This document shows, in pieces, positions 60,351-64,000 of a stretch of 64,000 nt of DNA; positions within the stretch are counted from its first letter, which is position 1; every line of letters begins with the position of its first letter. The stretch comes from Oceanispirochaeta sp. (GTDB lineage Bacteria > Spirochaetota > Spirochaetia > DSM-2461): contig CAXXOA010000001.1 in assembly GCA_963666275.2 (NCBI GenBank), positions 1,920,001-1,984,000 of the forward strand. The letters are read 5' to 3'. The notes below the pieces were generated by a model. It was given only the letters and a program-made list of their open reading frames with translations, searched no databases and was not told the origin of the DNA. The position numbers and the translations under genes are program-made.

Positions 60351-61154
60351 TTAAATAAATCCCTGAAAAATGTCAATAGAATCTAACATTTTTATTTCGG
60401 GAATATTCAAACACCGGGCCTGTCCCTCCTGAATGTACACCATATGCTCAAAGTACGATGTTTTTGTCCTTCCGGAAGTTACATACTTATTAAAAGCATT
60501 TCTGCAGACAGTTTCTCCCCGGTAAATGATGACCGGTTCCACCGTAAAAAGCCATTGATCCTGCCATTTCCCGGTATCATCATCATCGCAATAAAAACTG
60601 ATTTCCGGTTCATCATGGACTTTAAGCCCGACTCCGTGTCCCCTGGCCTCGGGAAGGATGGCAAAGGGTGTTTTTTCAAGATATTTGTGAAGAGTTTTCT
60701 GCATCTGACGAACACTTTCCCCGGAGCGGATTTCCCCGACGGCCTGTCTGGCAATCTCCCAGGAGGTTTCAATGAGACTCCGATCCTCTGTGCTCAGCTC
60801 TCCGCAGCCATAGGTCCAGGCTCCATCACTGTAACGCCCACCTTTTTCAAGGACCATATCGATGGTGAGAATATCTCCGGAGCACAGACAAACATTACCC
60901 GGAGGATTATGATAAACCTGATCATTAACATTGAAATGAAGAAAAGGCACGTGAATACCGCCCGGATCTGCTTCCAGAACTTTCTCAAGTACAATCGCAG
61001 CCAGTTTCTCTGTAGAAATACCCGGTTTTACGGAGGATCCGATCTCCTGAAAAATACTGTGACTGATCCTTGCCAGTGAGGAAATCGCCTTTAAATCCTT
61101 TCCTTCCATCCCAGACTCAGGGGATGGAAAAAGATCTGAAAATAGACTTTTCAC
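60351..61154 (-). CDS. map: Methionine aminopeptidase-family (M24) protein
   Basis: Metal ligands conserved: TIDM, YSDG, GHGVG, VEP, FEH. Confidence 0.75.
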   Translation of the reverse strand: MKSLFSDLFPSPESGMEGKDLKAISSLARISHSIFQEIGSSVKPGISTEKLAAIVLEKVLEADPGGIHVPFLHFNVNDQVYHNPPGNVCLCSGDILTIDMVLEKGGRYSDGAWTYGCGELSTEDRSLIETSWEIARQAVGEIRSGESVRQMQKTLHKYLEKTPFAILPEARGHGVGLKVHDEPEISFYCDDDDTGKWQDQWLFTVEPVIIYRGETVCRNAFNKYVTSGRTKTSYFEHMVYIQEGQARCLNIPEIKMLDSIDIFQGFI

Positions 61155-61156
61155 AT

Positions 61157-61510
61157 TCAGGAGCGATCGCTTCTCAGCGTTCCCGCATTTCCGAGGTAGA
61201 CCGGTACTGCCGGGTTTTCCGTTCCATTGAAAGTGACCATGACCCGCAGCATCATTTTCTGGGGAAAATCAGCGCAGACAGGCTCCTGTGTACAGAACAG
61301 GGGAGCGGTATTGTATTGCCGGGCTACCCTGAGAGCTTTGGCCGGATTAAAAGAGATATCCGGAGTCTGGGAAAAAATAATACTGATGACATCGTTTTCC
61401 TGAAAACCATTACTGCTCTGAAGCTTATCAAACAGATCTCCCACTTTATCCTGCAGATCTTTTTCACTATCTGAATCGAGAGACACAGCTCCTCTTACAG
61501 CCTTTACCAT
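61157..61510 (-). CDS. aroH: Chorismate mutase (AroH class)
   Basis: AVRGA, SIIFSQTPD, PAKALR, PLFCTQE, VYLGNAGTLR. Confidence 0.93.
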   Translation of the reverse strand: MVKAVRGAVSLDSDSEKDLQDKVGDLFDKLQSSNGFQENDVISIIFSQTPDISFNPAKALRVARQYNTAPLFCTQEPVCADFPQKMMLRVMVTFNGTENPAVPVYLGNAGTLRSDRS

Positions 61511-61533
61511 ATTCCTGAACCGTCCTTAAATAA

Positions 61534-61887
61534 CTATATATTTACCTTTTCTATGAATTTGAAAAGAAAACTGACTGAAAAATAGAAAACCGCCACAATA
61601 AAAATCATTAAAAAGTACTTTATGAAAAAGAAAATGGAATTTTTTTTCCTTTTACCGGGAATAAAAATGAGCACAAAAACATTCAACAGGGATGCACAGA
61701 AAAAAATATAAAAAAAGATTTTCATCAGACTGAAAAGAAAATACTGTGTTGCATCGGCAAAGCCCTGAAAATTCCCGATTATATAAAGAAAAAAAACTGA
61801 AACAGAAAGGACAAAAAGAAAAACCACAAGCCTCGTCAGAAACCAGGGAAGCCATATATCCCGTTTCAGTTTATTTAATCGTTTCAT
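61534..61887 (-). CDS. Hypothetical membrane protein
   Basis: Three hydrophobic segments; GNFQGF motif. Confidence 0.55.
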   Translation of the reverse strand: MKRLNKLKRDIWLPWFLTRLVVFLFVLSVSVFFLYIIGNFQGFADATQYFLFSLMKIFFYIFFCASLLNVFVLIFIPGKRKKNSIFFFIKYFLMIFIVAVFYFSVSFLFKFIEKVNI

Positions 61888-61999
61888 TGAAAAAATATTA
61901 TCACAACATCCTGATCCCTGCATATCCCTTGCGGACCGGGGTTAACAGGAAGGATTATCTGCTATTGCCAGAAGGGATTTTTAATCTTAAAATCAAACT

Positions 62000-62932
62000 A
62001 TGTTTCAAACCAGATTCAATAGCAGGGATACTGAGACGCTTGACATGCAGCCTTTTTTAAAGGAGCTTCATCAGGATTTTCTGGAAATGCAGCCAGAGAA
62101 AACATCCCTTTCATTCTCCTGCAGAGGATCAGAATCACCCATCAGAGCCGTTTTACTGGATATCTACGGGACTCTTCTGATTTCCGAAGCCGGAGACATA
62201 GGTTTGATCTCACAAAAATCAGATCAGGAATCAGGAGCTCGGGTATTTATCAATAGCAGAGAGACCCTGTTTCCCTACAGTCAGATCAGAGAAATACTTA
62301 CCACTCTTATAAAAGCGGAACACACGATAATCCGAAACAGAGATAGAGGCATAAAATATCCCGAAGTGGATATTATCCAGATATGGCATCTGGTATATAC
62401 CTATCTTGAAATAGAGTCTTTCACCATACAGGACCTGGCTAGAACGGCTCTTCATTTTGAGATTCAGACAAATAAAATATGGCTGATGCCTGAAACCGGC
62501 ACACTCATCACTTCCCTCAGAGAAAACTCTATCCCTTTCGGCATTGTCTCGAATGCTCAGTTCTATACACCGGTGTTTCTGGAGTATCTTATGGGTATGA
62601 CTCTGAAAGAGATGGGATTTTCAGAGAAACTCTGTTCATGGTCCTACCGGAAAGGAAGAGGAAAACCAGATCCAGTGATGTTTTCAGACCCTCTGCAGAT
62701 TCTGGCAGAAGAGTATTCCATTGATCCGGAAAATGTCCTTTATATAGGAAATGATATGCTTAATGATATTTTTGCAGCATCTGAGATGGGTTTACAGACA
62801 GCCCTTTTTGCCGGAGACAAACGATCTTTGCGACTGAGGGAAGACTGTCCTGAAGTGAAGGGATTAGAAGCCGACTATACACTGACAGAATTACAGCAGA
62901 TAATTCCATATATCGGGGAACGCACAAAATGA
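62000..62932 (+). CDS. HAD-family hydrolase
   Basis: LDIYGTL, VSNAQ, GKPDP, IGNDMLNDI. Confidence 0.85.
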   Translation: MFQTRFNSRDTETLDMQPFLKELHQDFLEMQPEKTSLSFSCRGSESPIRAVLLDIYGTLLISEAGDIGLISQKSDQESGARVFINSRETLFPYSQIREILTTLIKAEHTIIRNRDRGIKYPEVDIIQIWHLVYTYLEIESFTIQDLARTALHFEIQTNKIWLMPETGTLITSLRENSIPFGIVSNAQFYTPVFLEYLMGMTLKEMGFSEKLCSWSYRKGRGKPDPVMFSDPLQILAEEYSIDPENVLYIGNDMLNDIFAASEMGLQTALFAGDKRSLRLREDCPEVKGLEADYTLTELQQIIPYIGERTK

Positions 62933-63828
62933 AAAAAGAGAAAGCTCAGAACTTGCAGACGGAAAAAAAGAAAAAGAAAAATCATCTGAAAAGGATATCC
63001 AATACTCTGACTTTTCTGATACTCCTGGGATTTGCCGGATTTGTTTTCTATCTGGGCTGGGTACAATTTTCCATCCCTGAAAACCATTACGCCCTGGCAT
63101 TTACAAAAACAGGCGGTTACGATCCGTATCTTATGAAACCCGGAGAGTTCTACTGGCGCTGGGAAAATCTTTTTCCCACAAATATGGAGCTGCATATCTT
63201 TGAACTGCCATGGGAAGCGACTGATTTCAACCTGCAGGGTGAACTTCCCTCCGGAAGCGATTATGCTTCGATCCTGACAAATCCGGATGCTTTCAATTTT
63301 TCTCTCTCACTGAGGATGAATTTCAGAATGAATCCGGACAAGCTTATTTCCATGATTCAGAAGGAAGGCTTCACCTTTAAAGAAATTGAATCCTGGTACA
63401 CCCTTCTGCCGGAAGCTGCTGAAGCAAAAATCAAAAATTACATACTCCAGGAGATTCCTCTGGAAACAGCGGAATATACGAGGATAGAAGCCTCCATTCT
63501 GGAATACATGGAATCCCAGTTTCCCTATGCTGAATTTTCCGGATTCCACATCCACCGCTGGGAACTGCCGGATAAAACCTTATATGACCATACCAGAGAA
63601 ATATACCTTAACGGGATAAAATCCAACAGAGAGTACGCCGCGGAACTGGAGAAACAGAATGCCGAACTGGAAAGGCAGCTGAACAGTAAAATGGAACTTC
63701 TGAAAGATTACGGAAGCGTATTAACAGAATATCCGGTTCTACTGGAATACTTCAATCTTGAAAAAGAGAAAATTGACCCTATGATCTTCGGCTGGGAATC
63801 AGGACAGAATCAAGACTCCGAACCATAA
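62929..63828 (+). CDS. Hypothetical single-pass membrane protein (possible SPFH-like)
   Basis: Basic N-terminus, TM, KTGG...PGEFYWRWE, C-terminal coiled coil. Confidence 0.5.
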   Translation: MKKEKAQNLQTEKKKKKNHLKRISNTLTFLILLGFAGFVFYLGWVQFSIPENHYALAFTKTGGYDPYLMKPGEFYWRWENLFPTNMELHIFELPWEATDFNLQGELPSGSDYASILTNPDAFNFSLSLRMNFRMNPDKLISMIQKEGFTFKEIESWYTLLPEAAEAKIKNYILQEIPLETAEYTRIEASILEYMESQFPYAEFSGFHIHRWELPDKTLYDHTREIYLNGIKSNREYAAELEKQNAELERQLNSKMELLKDYGSVLTEYPVLLEYFNLEKEKIDPMIFGWESGQNQDSEP

Positions 63829-64000
63829 GGAGTTCCCCTTCTTCCATCTCTATCCTGATTTTACTCTCTGTAGTGCGGTTACTTACTCCATGATCTCCGG
63901 GAGACCAGATCAGCTTGTCCAGAGGCCAGTACAGACCAGCGGAATGCATCCTGCACTCATGTTTAAGAGGGAAAAGAGAGACTGTGGTCTCCGGAAGAAC
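63779..64000 (-). CDS. thiN: 3' end of thiamine diphosphokinase (partial)
   Basis: Minus frame reads ...VSLFPL...GLYWPL...GDHGVSN...GELLMV...RRS*, matching the ThiN thiamine-binding C-terminus. Confidence 0.75.
   Translation of the reverse strand, partial: VLPETTVSLFPLKHECRMHSAGLYWPLDKLIWSPGDHGVSNRTTESKIRIEMEEGELLMVRSLDSVLIPSRRS

Noticed and set aside
60351..61154. Possible pseudogene status of the divergent map-like gene
   Set aside because: All five metal ligands and the active-site His residues appear present and the frame is intact

Overview
Chromosomal segment from a bacterium that is most likely a free-living spirochaete (inference from the ~900-aa GreA, the clade-X ATP-PFK, the paired Maf/DUF115 genes and the zinc-ribbon gene next to rnpB). 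Most of the window is core genome: end of a liv ABC operon, cls, rnz, pfk, greA, rpe, recA-folK-scpAB-rluB-cmk-rpsA, a sigma54 activator, a CHASE2 adenylate cyclase, mazG, mreBCD-mrdA-rodA, rnpB, rpoD-dnaG-mltG, a tRNA-Tyr/Thr/Tyr cluster, map, aroH and partial thiN. The main finding is a four-gene operon at ~2.6-6.0 kb. It encodes an ArsM-like (arsenite methyltransferase-type) enzyme, a 31-aa Cys-containing peptide missing from the ORF track (3267..3362, MKSLIRKKSDKAVKTAQCCAKISPVVAGCHD) followed by a cUUCGg hairpin, a radical SAM/SPASM enzyme, and a thioredoxin-thioredoxin reductase fusion. This looks like a RiPP biosynthetic cluster, possibly using arsenic or other thiol-directed chemistry. 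Other oddities are a 1024-aa very acidic protein with exactly 35 tandem 21-bp (LSLDEEE/D) repeats, an M20 peptidase homologue lacking catalytic residues and coupled to glucosyl-3-phosphoglycerate synthase, and a duplicated tRNA-Tyr. No CRISPR array, rRNA, transposase or integrase was seen. All calls rest on motif recognition by eye; no database searches were run.
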